The position numbers and the translations under genes were made by a program. A stretch of 64,000 nt of DNA from Diadema antillarum (taxonomy: Eukaryota), in assembly GCF_040938485.1 (NCBI RefSeq), contig NW_027272213.1, forward strand, positions 248,001 through 312,000. The letters run 5' to 3'. Below, piece by piece: positions 40,374 through 52,949 of the stretch. The notes below the pieces were generated by a model, which worked only from the letters and a program-made list of their open reading frames with translations, searched no databases and was not told where the DNA came from. The first letter of the stretch is position 1. Each line of letters begins with the position of its first letter.

Positions 40374-40488
40374 GACAATGACAATTCTGAAAGTAAACAA
40401 GGTGACTCTATTCTCTATCTAATAATACAAGATAATACACTCTTGAGAGAATAGAGTCACCTTGTTTACTTTCAGAATTGTCATTGTC

Positions 40489-40525
40489 GACCCTGAGGAA
40501 GACGAATGTCGTCGAAAATTTGGTG
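40489..40525 (+). ncRNA. Minimal type-I hammerhead ribozyme motif (right arm, slightly degraded)
   Basis: GACC-CUGAGGA-A-GACGA(AUG)UCGUC-GAA-AAUU-U-GGUG; stem I reduced to 3 bp. Confidence 0.65.
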
Positions 40526-40801
40526 TGAATAAATAGCACTGTTGGACTGTCAAAATGCATTACCACTCTACTTCTTCCGAAAGCTTCCACCAGCCGGCAT
40601 CTTCTGTCATCATTACATTGTCTCGATTATAATCTTCCTAAGATGACAGAGGCGAACGGTACGAGTACCAGCATCATCCCACTATATGTATCATAATTAT
40701 ATATACTAGTATGCATGTATATTGGGCATTTGTTGTTTGATTCCCCCCCCCCCTCTTATTAATACTCATGCAGGCAGAAAAGTAATACGTGTAAATATAT
40801 G

Positions 40802-40858
<57 letters not shown>

Positions 40859-41104
40859 GTGTGTGGGGGGGGGGTGGAGCCCCATGATTATCAGTTTTAT
40901 GAGCATCATGGCAATGAACACAATATAACACACAAACTTAACAATATAGAAACACATGCAACAGTCTACAGTATGAATTTGTAATTGATAGATGGGAGTA
41001 TACCACGTAAAATATTTGGGGAAATAGAATATGATAAAACATGTAACACGTCGGCAGAAATTCAGCAAAAAAAAAAAAGAGGAAACACACAAAAATTACT
41101 GTGT

Positions 41105-41185
<81 letters not shown>

Positions 41186-41498
41186 GATGAAGGGAGAGAG
41201 GGAGCAGTTGAGATTACTGACCAGGTCTTGGTGCAATTTGTTGATATTTTTTCCCGGTACCATTTCAAAAGTCATCTTTATTCCAATGTCACAGAAAGCA
41301 GTCACATTGTTTAATCTCACTTTCTTTTTAACGAAAAAAAAAACACATTTTATAGCAATTTCATTCAATATAGAATACATTCTCTTCACCATCTCATTAT
41401 CTCTCAGATTTTCATGAAATTCTATGCGTAAGACAAGACAGACTAGCAATACAATGTATCAAGTGTTTGCTGCCACCAGGCTATCATATCTGTCAGAT

Positions 41499-42236
41499 CA
41501 AGGAGGTTTTTATACATGGAGTTCCAACTGGCTGTAATTTATTCAAACAGTTGTCTGATTTCTATTGATGTACAAAAGAATTCCACAGGTGCACTTTTGC
41601 CTTTGATGATCGATGTTCCAAGCCGCCGTCTTGCTGAGCAATCTGAAGATTCATTTTGAACGTTATCATAATGTTGGCCATAATTTGCTTACCTATTCAT
41701 TAAATGAAATGAAATTTCACTTAATAATAAAGCATGTAAAACAAAAGTCAATCCGTTCAAAAATTTGCGCAAAAGTGTAATTCAGAGCTGTATTATGTGA
41801 AAATGTTTAAAACTGTACCATCCTGGAAAGCTGGTTTTATCACTTTTCGACTTAATTTCCCCAAATGAAACTAACATGTTAATGATCTTCAAGTATGATA
41901 CTTTATTGATAGATATATCAGATTAGTGCCCGCGTATGCCCAGTCGAGTAATTTTCATTTTCATTTCAGCACTTTTTCCTCAATTTCTGTTCTCGCATCC
42001 TGGTGTCTGTACCACCTAGCTTTTATAAGAAGGGATAGCGAAAAGTAATTACCATCACAAAGACATATCTTCCTTTGAAAGTGGCTGGTGATTATGTAAT
42101 GAGGCACGAGTCAATTGTCTTCGTATCAGCGCGGATCTAATTGTTTGGCACATGATTCAAATATTTTTGAGCGGCGGCATCGAACATAGATCAAAGGGAA
42201 TAACTCTGTTGTTACTCCATCTCTTCAACCTCCTTG
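41499..42236. mobile_element. 738-bp non-autonomous DNA transposon, 10-bp TIR, 7-bp TSD (P-superfamily-like)
   Basis: GTCAGAT|CAAGGAGGTT ... AACCTCCTTG|GTCAGAT; single GTCAGAT at the empty paralogous site near 32296. Confidence 0.88.
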
Positions 42237-42437
42237 GTCAGATATAACCAGAATCTTGGATACATACAATGATGTATTTGACTTCACATACGTTACAGAG
42301 AACCTGAGGGAGGACATTGTCAAACACCACTAGTACACTGACAGTCAGAGCTTTTCTAGAAACTGTTGAACTCTTCCAATTTTCACCTGCAAAATTGACG
42401 AGAAATGTAAAACAGCTAGTACACCGCATCAACATTA

Positions 42438-42894
42438 GGCGTTTTCACATCAGCCCGATAAAAATCCAAGCTCGAGATATTTTTTTATTAGGCGTTTTCA
42501 CATCAGAACGATAAAAATCCAAGCTCGAGATATTTTTTAATGTCCCAAGTCAGAAAAATAGCGCGCTATTTCGAAACATCGGGCTGATGTGTAAACGCCT
42601 ATTTTGGCAGTTTTAAGTGTTTGTTTTGTTTTTTTTTATTGTTGTTTTCTTTAAATAGCCAGCTTGCATTGACAATATAAATGTTAAACCTAAATGTTTT
42701 CTTTTGAAAGCAATGAAGTGTTTTGAGGTGTTGACTCAGAAGATTCGCTCCTAAATTATGCACATTATGTATAGAAAGAGCAATAGGCGTTTTCACATCA
42801 GCCCGATAAAAATCCAGGCTCGAGATATTTTCCAATTTCCCAAGTCAGAAAAATAGCGCGCTATTTCGAAACATCGGGCTGATGTGAAAACGCC
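42438..42894. mobile_element. Two complete 109-bp micro-MITEs (42491-42599, 42786-42894) plus a half copy (42438-42488)
   Basis: TA|GGCGTTTTCACATCAGCCCGAT ... ATCGGGCTGATGTGAAAACGCC|TA; internal palindrome AAATAGCGCGCTATTT. Confidence 0.88.
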
Positions 42895-43175
42895 TAATGT
42901 GTCAAGTTAAGAAGTGGAAGGGGGTACAAGAGGAGGTTACATACCCTCCATTATTGATCAAAATATAAAACCAGCACAAAGAGAGCGCTAAAACTGGGTA
43001 TTACGTAAATATGAAGCATTAACAATTCCATTACATCACTCAGCAAAGCAAAGACCATGTTAAAAAGTGACTGCATTTCACCTTCATTTATATGTGTTCA
43101 GTTACCTCATTCTGTGTTCAACTATGTTGGCAATTGAAACCAGAGGCATTTCAACCTTCTTTTAATTTCTCCTTG

Positions 43176-43230
43176 TGAAGCTGCCTTACTTGAAATTTCT
43201 CCTTGTGAAGCTGCCTTACTTGAAATTTCT
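43176..43230. repeat. About 30-bp direct duplication (TTTCTCCTTGTGAAGCTGCCTTACTTGAAA x2)
   Basis: Single copy at the paralogous site near 32881. Confidence 0.75.
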
Positions 43231-44731
43231 AAGACAATGGAATTGCTATACTATGTCTTTGTAGTAAATAGGTCAAGTAAAATTTGTGTTCTGATCGGTT
43301 AGACAGCACCATGTGACCATGTGAAAATTTCAGTGTATAGTGCTCAACCATGCCCTATACCTAAACACTAGCACCTGTATACTTCACGCCAACGCTTTTT
43401 ATTGTCTGTGCAGCGATATGCAAGGGGAGGGAGACGAAATTTGGGCAAGGCCTTCTTTAGTTCTTTCAGCTTTATACGTACAGCACAGGATGCAGAAAAG
43501 TATGAAGATATGGTAATTCACAAGTCTGCTCAGCACTACGTGGCTGTACAATCCCGTAGTCCATGGGCCAGGCCAGATGTTGGTACCACCTCACCTGAGG
43601 TGGCAAAACCTTTTTGGTGTCATTTTGTTTGTCGGACATAGATATGCTTATCAAGCTATGATAGCATTTCCAAATGAGTAGCTTAGTCATAATAAATGAA
43701 TTTTTAACCAATTTGGTCTGTTTTTATATCCCTATACTTCTGAATCGAAACTAACCGCTACACAAAGAAGAGCACTGTCTTCTGTGGCGTAAATCGGGGG
43801 GGGGGGATGGGGATATATCCCCCCTGAAATGGAGGAGGGGGGGGGGGTGGCCTGTACAATCATCCCCCCCCTGAATTTTGAGGGAAAAAATGGAGGAAGC
43901 AGAAATGTCATTGTAACAATTTTGACATAATTATTGCATGACGCTTGTACGCCGGCCTTCAGACAGGTAACATAGCTGAACAGTATTCTAAATCTTGTAG
44001 GAAAATGCATAATATTCTCAAGCGCTCGCTCGCTTCACTCGCTCGCGAAGAAAGTAACATCGACATACAGTCACTGTAAGGTATGGCTCAGACGTTGACA
44101 ACGTCAAATAGTATAGGCCTACATGTAAACATGCTATGACGCGAGTAACTGGGGACCATCTGCAAAATATGTACGAAAACAAACAAACAAACAAACAAAC
44201 AAACAATAACAAAAACTATGTCGTCATATTTGAACCCCCTCCATTTCCTGAATCATTCCTGAGAAACGACAGTGACTGATTACTCAGTCAGGATATATCT
44301 ATGGGCATTCCCAGGGAAGATTAGGGGCGTCGAATATATTGTGACTATTTCATTTTCTTATTTTTCTTTTAAGAAAAGAAAAGAAAATTTTCACCAAAAG
44401 TGTGCACCGGATCGCTGAATTTCAGGTCTGAAAATGCAAAATCTTCCTCGTGTGGGAGAGGGATACCCCCCTACACCACCCCCCCCCCCCCCGTTCGGTC
44501 GCTCCGCTCCCTCTCACAGATATTTAAAAAACAAAACAAAAATGTCTTCATACTTTTAAGGTCTGATTTTCCGCCGAAAGTCATCTGACAAGCAAAAAAA
44601 AAAAATCAACAACAAAAAATCTTCACATTTTTGCTGCCACTTTCCTCCCACTTTATATATTTCATGCAAAAGAGTGGGACATCCGATCCCTGTAAAGTGT
44701 GCTGGGGGGGGGGGGGGGGCACCAAGCTTCT

Positions 44732-44765
<34 letters not shown>

Positions 44766-45101
44766 ACTCCTCAGTACGGATTTACGCCGTTGCTTCTGTA
44801 TGTCCACAGGTGTTCTGTTGTAAACACGGTGCACTTAGTCTATTCTCCCTGGTACCAATAACCCATTTTTCGGGTCTTGGCCCATGGACTAATAAACAAG
44901 ATTTCACTTTATACTCTACACACACAAAATCAGTACCGGTAGTAGATCTTGTAGGGCCTAGACCTACAGAAAATACATGTAGATCTAGGGGTTTTTTACT
45001 ATAGCAATTAGTCCATGTTTTATTGATGCATCAGGACTTGCTGGGCCCTGTTTTATCAAGATAAAGTTGATTGTGAAATCAACGCTAACTTTATCCAACT
45101 T

Positions 45102-45226
45102 GGGCCCCGTCTTATAAAGCCTTGAAATCAATCACAAGTCCCCAAATCAATCGCAATTTGCATTGCAGCACACATAACAAGAAACTTGTGATTAATTTCT
45201 ATCACAAGTCTTTATAAGACAGGCCC
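45102..45226. mobile_element. Short MITE, possibly Harbinger-type
   Basis: GGGCCCCGTCTTATAAAG ... CTTTATAAGACAGGCCC imperfect TIRs. Confidence 0.55.
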
Positions 45227-46714
45227 GCTCTAACTTTAAATCTACTGTACTGTAAGTTTCCGTTTTACGAAGAGACTATTATAGTTATTATAGTTATTGC
45301 TGATCACCATGGCCATGACTTATATTATCTTAATCGATATAACAATTTGTGGACGAGCCTTGCGCCTCCTCATTATCCGAAATTGCGCAATTTTCACTAC
45401 TGAGTATTTTATGTTCACATGTCGTCTGCGCGGAGAGGAGAGGAAATTTTGGTAACCAACGCAACAGAACGTGAGTATAGAATATGCGTTAAATGCGTCA
45501 TATGGTTACGACCAAAGTTTTCAGAGTTGAACACAAATGTTAATTTTATGGATTACATGTGCGTTTAGGCTCCGATGGTGTGTAGACTAAAATTACTTTC
45601 AACGTTTGCGCGTACCGCGTCATCGCATCGCGTTGTCAGCCGTAGTCCCACATTACTATGTACGTGTAATGCCGTTCATGCGGGTTAATTAAGGTTACTT
45701 TCATATGGAATGCTGCACACAGAGACATTGAAGCTGGGAAGTTTAACGTTACATTCGTTGACAAATGTATTAGACATGATGCAATTTAGAAGCCACTGTC
45801 TAATAATACAGAATATATATATACATGGATTCCCCGGAAATCCTGGGTTTTAGGGAGCTACATTTCTTACTCGATCCTCGATTTTTTTACTTAGCCTGAC
45901 CGGGCGGGACCGTTGAGCGACGATGTGCGAGCTAGCTAGTAGAGTCTATAACGTTAGACTAACGAAAGGCCAAGGCCTACTCGGGTACTCGGCTGTGTCT
46001 GTACAGTGCTGTAGGACCTATAAATTTATAGCTTTGTTTTTACTTTCCGACGGTAGGCACCTAATTACTAGATTAGTTAGAGTATACAGGCCCATATGAC
46101 TGGTACAGCGCCATAATATTGGTACACCCAGCACAGGGAGTGGGAGGTGACCTCCCTGGTGCAAAATAAAACCTAACGTTATAATTCTTTTACACACTGA
46201 AGCTGACATAGGCCTTTAGCCAAGTGCTAGTCTAGATTAGATAATTCATAACCTTGTGTGTAATTTGTATCATGTTTGAAAGATGCAGCCTGTTACCTCT
46301 TAAAATTTCACAGGCCTAAATTTAAACAAGGCGCCAGCAGAGGCCATGAAAAAGCTTCACCAAAAGTTCTTGTTCTTTGTGACCTTCCCGAACTAGAATT
46401 TCAAACTAGAAATTTGCAGGCAAGTTAAGATGCGGTCCTCGTCATTTATTTGTAGACCACTGTTTCCCAGTTATGCAGTTGTTGGGCACGGAATGGTGAA
46501 TAGTCATTTGCGCAAGTGAAGTGTGTTTTTTCAGTCAGACTTATCAAGTGACAATTTGATGCAATTTCAATAGTCGCACTCTATCCACATGTAGTGCTCC
46601 TCTACAAGTTAGCGTGGATGTGTCTTCCTGGACATTTTGCTGACTAAACCATACAGATAGTCAACAGCAGTCAGATTACAATTGACTAGTGAGCTCACAA
46701 AAATGTTTACTTAA

Positions 46715-47270
46715 AGGACAAGTTCACCTTCATAAACATAAGGGTTGAGAAAATGTAGCAATAATAGTGGAACAATCATTGAAAGTTTGAGGAAAATTGA
46801 ACAATCCGTTCAAAAGTTATGAATTTTTGAAGTTTTTGTGCAGCAGCTGCTGGATGAGAAGACTACTGCAGTTTACGATGTCACATGCGTACAACAATAC
46901 AAGGAAAATATAAAGAAAATTTCACAAAATTTCATCTTCTGAAAAAAGTACACATTCCCTTGACTAGTTACCGACATATGTTGTAGGTAATATTATTCCC
47001 CCTGCCTTTAGAAAGAGGCAAGTCAAATGCTCTTTTATTATGCGAAAAAAGTGAAAATATGTTGAATTTTCTTTACATTTTCTTTATACTGTTGTACTCA
47101 TGACATCACAAGCTGTAGTAGTCTCCTTGTCCAGCAGTTCCAACACACAAATTTTAAAAATTCATAACTTTTGCATCGATTGTCCAATTTTCCTCAAACT
47201 TTCACTGATGTGTTCTACTAATATTGTTGCATTCCCTTAACCCTTATGTTTATGAAGGTGAACTTGTCCT
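46715..47270. mobile_element. Kolobok/T2-like non-autonomous element with long TIRs
   Basis: TTAA|AGGACAAGTTCACCTTCATAAACATAAGGGTT ... AACCCTTATGTTTATGAAGGTGAACTTGTCCT|TTGA. Confidence 0.85.
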
Positions 47271-47588
47271 TTGATAAAATCAGCCTTTCCTCCAGACAGA
47301 CTGTGACATGATTGGAACAGCTCCATGAATTTTTAGTGGTGACAGCGTGTTTGAAGCTTGCAAATTAATGAAGTTTTAATATCAGTGCATACAAATTGAA
47401 AGTGTGTACGAGTCATGGACAGGCTTAACTATGATACACAGCCCTGTCGCTGTACACAAGTGTAAAGTCGCAACAGGGCTGTACCGTGTGGACACTACGT
47501 AATATTATAATTCTTTGGCGCCAACTCTTGTTTTGAATTTACTGCACCACATTTGTTACAAAGACTACATAAGATGAAAACTTTACTA

Positions 47589-47774
47589 CAGTGAACTCCC
47601 ATTACAACGAAGTCCTCGGGACCGGCAGTTTTCTTTCGTTATATCGAAATTTCGTTATAAGGGAGCAAATCAACAATAAAAATACATAGAGTGGATAATG
47701 TTGCGGCCTGAATTTTTTCTTCGTTGTAACCGGAATTTCGTTATAACCGTGTTCGTTATAACGGGAGTGCACTG
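47589..47774. mobile_element. Tc1/mariner (pogo-type) MITE
   Basis: TA|CAGTGAACTCCCATTACAACGAA ... TTCGTTATAACGGGAGTGCACTG|TA. Confidence 0.85.
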
Positions 47775-47863
47775 TATTTAGCTACCGTTTTCAGCTGTTG
47801 ATATTGACATAGATATTTAAAACTTAACAAAGATGACACATCTTTTAATCCTGTACGCCGCAG

Positions 47864-50800
47864 AAATCGTAGAAGTGAGTCGAAATGTCGGCGCAGCACT
47901 TGGCAAAGGGGGCATTGTCGACCGCGTGGGCGTACAAACTCTAGCAGCACAATTTGCATCTTTCAAAGCTGGTAAAGATTTATTTTGAATCGCCCAGCGA
48001 AGATCACAGCATTCCGGGTTAAGATTATACTTTTTGCTCAGTGTATGTTGCGTGAAGGCTTTCTATGGACTGAAATACCATGCTCGTAGTCTAAGCATCT
48101 CAATTCATATGAGTGATTCGTAAAATTAGTGATAAGAATGTATAAATTTTCAACAGTTTTGTTAGTGTGTGGCCGTGTTCGAGAGGTTTAGTAGATATGT
48201 GTACCACACACCGTCAGACGCCGTGCGCTAGCACGACTTCTGGTCGGGCTAGGACAGGCTGTACCAAACTTGTCACTAAAGAAGTCAACATAAAAAACTA
48301 TTTTTTTGGGGGGCAAAATTTCTTCGCGTTGATGAAATAAATTGTATGCATTTATACTGTCGTTATAATGCCACACAGTTTTCCAAACATACACTCAAGA
48401 CTTAATCTATTTCGAAACTATAGCACAAAAACCCTAAAGTGTACCAATCTTGGGCATGTTAATCTATGTGTCTATACCCATAAACTAGGGTTTAATACAT
48501 CTCCACTATTCTAGTGGAGCTGTTTGTTTGTTTTTGTTGGCCCAATCCAATGTCCTAAGATTGGGCCCCATTTCATCAAAAGATGAAATTAATGTAAAAA
48601 CCAGGAAATCATTATTTTTGTTTTTGTTATGAAATAACTGCATCAAGTACATATGGCTTTTTTTTTAATTCAAAGGCTTACAGACATGCCGAAATCAAAG
48701 AATACAGGATGTGGATTGACTGATGATGCCAAGGTAAGCAGTTTTAAGGATCTTTCATCCCAAATAGATAAGCAATTTTTTTTTCAATAAACAATCTACT
48801 TTAAGTACTTATGTGTTTCATATTCATTTTTCTCAAATCTTCTCTTAATACAATGACTTTTTTTTTGTTAAGTTTATCCAAATGATGGAAAGCTTTTATT
48901 GAAGCTAAAATAAGTAGTTGGCCAGTTAAACATCACTTGTGTTCTCTTGAAACTGTTTACTTACAGTGAGCTGATGGCACTTTTTCAAGGAATACAACAG
49001 ATGGATCATATCAAGGAAGACTGTCCACCTCAATAGTGATGTGCTGGCCTCTGGGATGATAGGAAAAATGCCATGACCTCTTGAAATAATAGGCCTACTT
49101 AGTTTTGTGATATGTAGGTTATTGATATGTGCAAGAAGTTTTTATTGATGTGACTTTGGCAATTCTGGAGCAACTATACTGTAGTTTGTCCAATCTAATT
49201 TTTGCCAGCATGGGTCATGGTTGTGAATATAAACTGTCCGTCCGTCATCAATTCTTTTCCTACTAATTGAATGTATACCATTTTATGAACAGGTAAATCG
49301 TATATTTGCTTTCCATGTTGCCTTTGCATACAAGTGAGATGATTGAATACTGCGTCTGGTCTGGCTATATTGCCTTGTGCATTTTCAAACAATTCTTGTG
49401 TGTAAATATGCTCTTTAAGCCACATTTCTTGTCGGATTTATTCAAACTTGCTATGTAGGTTTTTGGGGAGTTAATCTAGGAATCAAAAGCTTTCATTGCC
49501 AGCGCTCTCATTGTTCAACCTTTTATAGGATGACATGTCATATCCCTTGTATGTTATTATATACATACATTTCTTGCCGGATTTTATTGTATCCTGTGAC
49601 AGTTAACATATTTTACAGCATTCTTGCCTAAAAAGTAAGATTGGGTATAGGAGACAGGTTAGGGGGGTACATGTACATGTGCTCAATTGCGAGTGCTCTA
49701 GGTTTTTTAGTGTGTCAAAAACAGAAGAAATGTGAATGATAAAGAAATATTTATTGCATTAACTACTCTACACTATAGTAACTTGTAGAGGGGACAAGTG
49801 GATCACGAATTACAATTAACACCAATTAGGATAGTGTGGGGTAGTGGAGGGGGGAGGGGGCTGTGGAATCTGCCCTCTCCCCCCTCCCCCCCCCCCCTGC
49901 ATTTCTTGTAATAACTTGGCAACGCAGGAAGACCTCATCCCCCACCTTCTTTACCTCTTTCTTTCAACACATTTTGAGACCAAATTGTAATGTCTCTGTA
50001 TACTGTGATGAACTCACATAGATTTTTATAACGGCATGTTATCCCAAAACATTCACAAGTTGGTGATTTTGTTTACATTCTTGTGAGAAACAGTGTGTGT
50101 GTGTGTGTTTGGGGGGAGGGGGACTGAAGTCAGCCAAATCTAGCATCACCAAAAAAATTCCAGCCTGTTAACGGTTAAAAAAGCTTAACTTCATAACAAT
50201 GTTAAGGCCTATTCCAGTGATATGCCGTTAATATCTTTTTATTTGTCTTTCATTCAGGCAACTAACAGTGCAGAGCTGATGGATCAACTTGTTTCAGTTA
50301 TCCCAACAATAGCAGTGCCTGTACTAGATGAATGTGAGTGCCAGACCTGCTTGTCTTTCATTTGCACATAATTAAAAAAACAACAACAATTATTAGCATG
50401 GAAAATTTTGTTATTTCAAAGGAACATTTTCTTGAAATTCGACAAAATGTAAACATACTTTTGTGAGTATGATAATTGATAGAATATTTATTTCAGTTCT
50501 CTGCAATTACAAAAATATTGTTCATATTAATTTTTTTCCCTGTCCCATTGAATACCTCAGATGTCACAAGAAATATTAAAGAAAAAACCTTTACCATGCG
50601 AACTTAATAAGATAAAATTATGCATTCAGCCACTAGTTTAATGTCAACAACTTCAACCAATGAATTCTGTGTGTTTGACTGTTTTTATGACGCTCATTAT
50701 CATTAAAGTGGATACCTTTCTATACTGAAGTCAGAAACTTTAATGACCATATCAATTACGCTGATGTCAAGGAACCAATTTGATGCAAATATTTTTTTTT

Positions 50801-52374
50801 TTTAAGTTACCTAGTGCAATGGACCAAAATTACGCACTGTATAGTGAAATATAGGACACACAACTCAAGTCAGCTGGAGCTCCGTAAAGAGATTTTATAT
50901 CTTTGGCTGAGATGAGGAATCTGCCGTTAACTTATTGCAAGATGCTTAGAAAACACTGTGATGTGTTAAAAAGTCTACAGGTCGTAAAGAGGAATTTAAT
51001 CTTTGATTAATGAAGATCGCTTCTCAAATTACTTAGATATCCAAAAACAAAGTGCAACAAAAGCATGCTAATGGGGGTTTTGACCCACTTTTCATTAGCA
51101 TTAATTTGTTTTGGATAATTTTTGACATTTCGTAGCAAGTTGTTATCAAAAACAATTTGTATTGCTTAAAATGCTCTTTATTCTCAGAGTTTCAATACTC
51201 TATTACATCTCGTAAAAGGTTCATCCAAATAGTTGAAAACAAGTAGACCCATTTAAACCGTTCCATTAAATTGGACACCTCTTTTGATTACATTTTTTAA
51301 TAAAAAGATCTCTTTCCATCACATTAGCATTCATTCATTGTTAGTGTTTTATCTTAAGCTTTAAAGGGTGTGTACAGTTCTGGTTGAAGTGAGGATTTAG
51401 CTTTTAACGTTTTGCGAGATATTCAGACAACACTCTATGAGATGTCAAAGAGCATGCAATTCTTAGGTGTGCTGTAAAAGTGGATATTTTCGCGCGACTA
51501 ATTTTTCGCGCTTGGCTGGGTAAGAAGAGTTTCGCATGTTTATAATTCCGCGGAATAAAGACATCACGCACAGGAACATATTACGGCAAGCAAAAATATT
51601 TGCGTGCTTTTATTTTCGCGCTAGTTTCTGGTTGCGCGAAAATTTCAACACCACGAAAATTTCCACTCTTACAGTATCAAAAGTTTATTTGATGAAAATC
51701 GGTTTTGAAATGGCTGAGATATCCAAAAGGTGAAACGAAGAGATCCTGATAAAGTTGTGGCCTGTAGTCTTTTATCATTACACCTGTATCACTTTTTTGG
51801 ATATCTCAGCCATTTGAAAACCAATTTTCATCAAATAAACGTTGAATCCTTAAGATTACACGCTCTTTCATATTTCATAAGAGGTTTCTCATTTTCTCAC
51901 TTAATTAAGAATGTTAAAAACATGAATCCCCACCTCAGCCAGTACTGTACAGTCCCTTTAATGTGAAATATAATTGGGATGCAATATGTGTGTAATATTT
52001 TCATAAATGACACTCCCTGACTTGAATCATTCGTATTCTCTTTCTGCAAAGTTGAGGCAACTCCACCGGTGCATCCTAAACCATGCCAGGCAACATCATC
52101 ATGTCAGCAGCAAGTTCTGTCATCACAACCTTTGCAGTCATCAACAACAACACCAACACAACCAACACCAACACATAAACCACCAACATCAATGACGTCA
52201 ACCAGGAAATCACCATCAGAACCAACCCTACATGAAATTCAAGTTGAGCTCCTGAACACCAAACGTGAGCTGCTCTCTGTTGAGAAGCAGGATTTGGAGG
52301 TTAGGAGGGAGGAACTTAACATTTTGAAAGACATTCGTACCTTGCTTAACAATCTTGTTTCTCAGGAGGATTGA
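47864..52374 (+). CDS. Putative spliced gene, 5'-incomplete; probable Harbinger-type Myb/SANT-like accessory protein with C-terminal coiled coil
   Basis: Four phase-compatible GT-AG exons 47864-47971, 48684-48733, 50258-50333, 52052-52374 give ...IVEVSRNVGAALGKGGIVDRVGVQTLAAQFASFKA-DMPKSKNTGCGLTDDAK-ATNSAELMDQLVSVIPT...-S/T/P-rich-LHEIQVELLNTKRELLSVEKQDLEVRREELNILKDIRTLL. First exon not identified; the Myb call rests on layout and a neighbouring transposase. Confidence 0.5.
51365..51957. mobile_element. Kolobok/T2-like element carrying a nested MITE
   Basis: TTAA|AGGGTGTGTACAGTTCTGG ... CCAGTACTGTACAGTCCCT|TTAA. Confidence 0.82.
51472..51674. mobile_element. Tc1/mariner-type MITE nested in 51365-51957
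   Basis: CTGTAAAAGTGGATATTTTCG ... CGAAAATTTCCACTCTTACAG|TA. Confidence 0.75.
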
Positions 52375-52949
52375 ATCAGATGTGCTCCTCTTTTGGCAGT
52401 ATTAATAAGCCATTTTAGTTCTTGTAAACATTGGTACAAATGACCTTTCCTTTTATCTCATTTAGTTAGGCTCTTCACTTGTTTTCAAAGCAGTATAATG
52501 CATAAGCTTGCCCGATTTAACAATATATGGAATTCATGTTGAAACAAATAATGCAATTGCATTGAGAACATGTGATCAGATTACTCCAGTAGTTTTCAAT
52601 TTCACCGGCATCCATGTCATTGTTTTTATAGAATGTAATAACAGCATATTTCCTGTTATATTGCAAAATACTATTTTTTCTGTTAAATGGATGTGCTGGC
52701 AAGAACCATTTAGATAAGAATCACATGAATAGTCATCGCATCACAGATGAGTACCTCAACGAATTTACAAACCATACAGATTGTTGGTACAAATAACCTT
52801 TTCCATCTCTTGCGAAAATTGGATTTACAATTTAGTCTATTCATGTGATCAACATCAAGTACAAACAAAACTACCAATACCACGAGTTCTTCATTTTCTA
52901 AAGACAGCTTTTCAGCTGTTTGCCATTTTATTTAAAGAAACATTAAGCT

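Larger units (their letters stand above)
40282..40577. mobile_element. Inverted-repeat element (135/132-bp arms, 29-bp spacer), probable inverted Penelope-like pLTR pair
   Basis: 40282-40416 is the reverse complement of 40446-40577 apart from one substitution and a 3-nt indel; each arm holds a hammerhead core followed by AATAAA; absent from the paralogous gene-C flank. Confidence 0.75.

Noticed and set aside
40578-40592. CGAAAGCTTCC after the right arm as a further hammerhead 3' half
   Set aside because: No matching CUGANGA and stem I upstream.
43780-44770. Poly-G/poly-C tracts (e.g. G16 at 44704, C33 at 44733) as G-quadruplex or hairpin system
   Set aside because: Look like homopolymers of common dispersed repeats; lengths unreliable; ends and TSDs not definable by eye.
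45800-46430. Candidate first exons for the Myb-like gene (ATG near 45826; acceptor near 46312)
   Set aside because: No candidate gave both a convincing donor and a recognisable Myb N-terminal helix.
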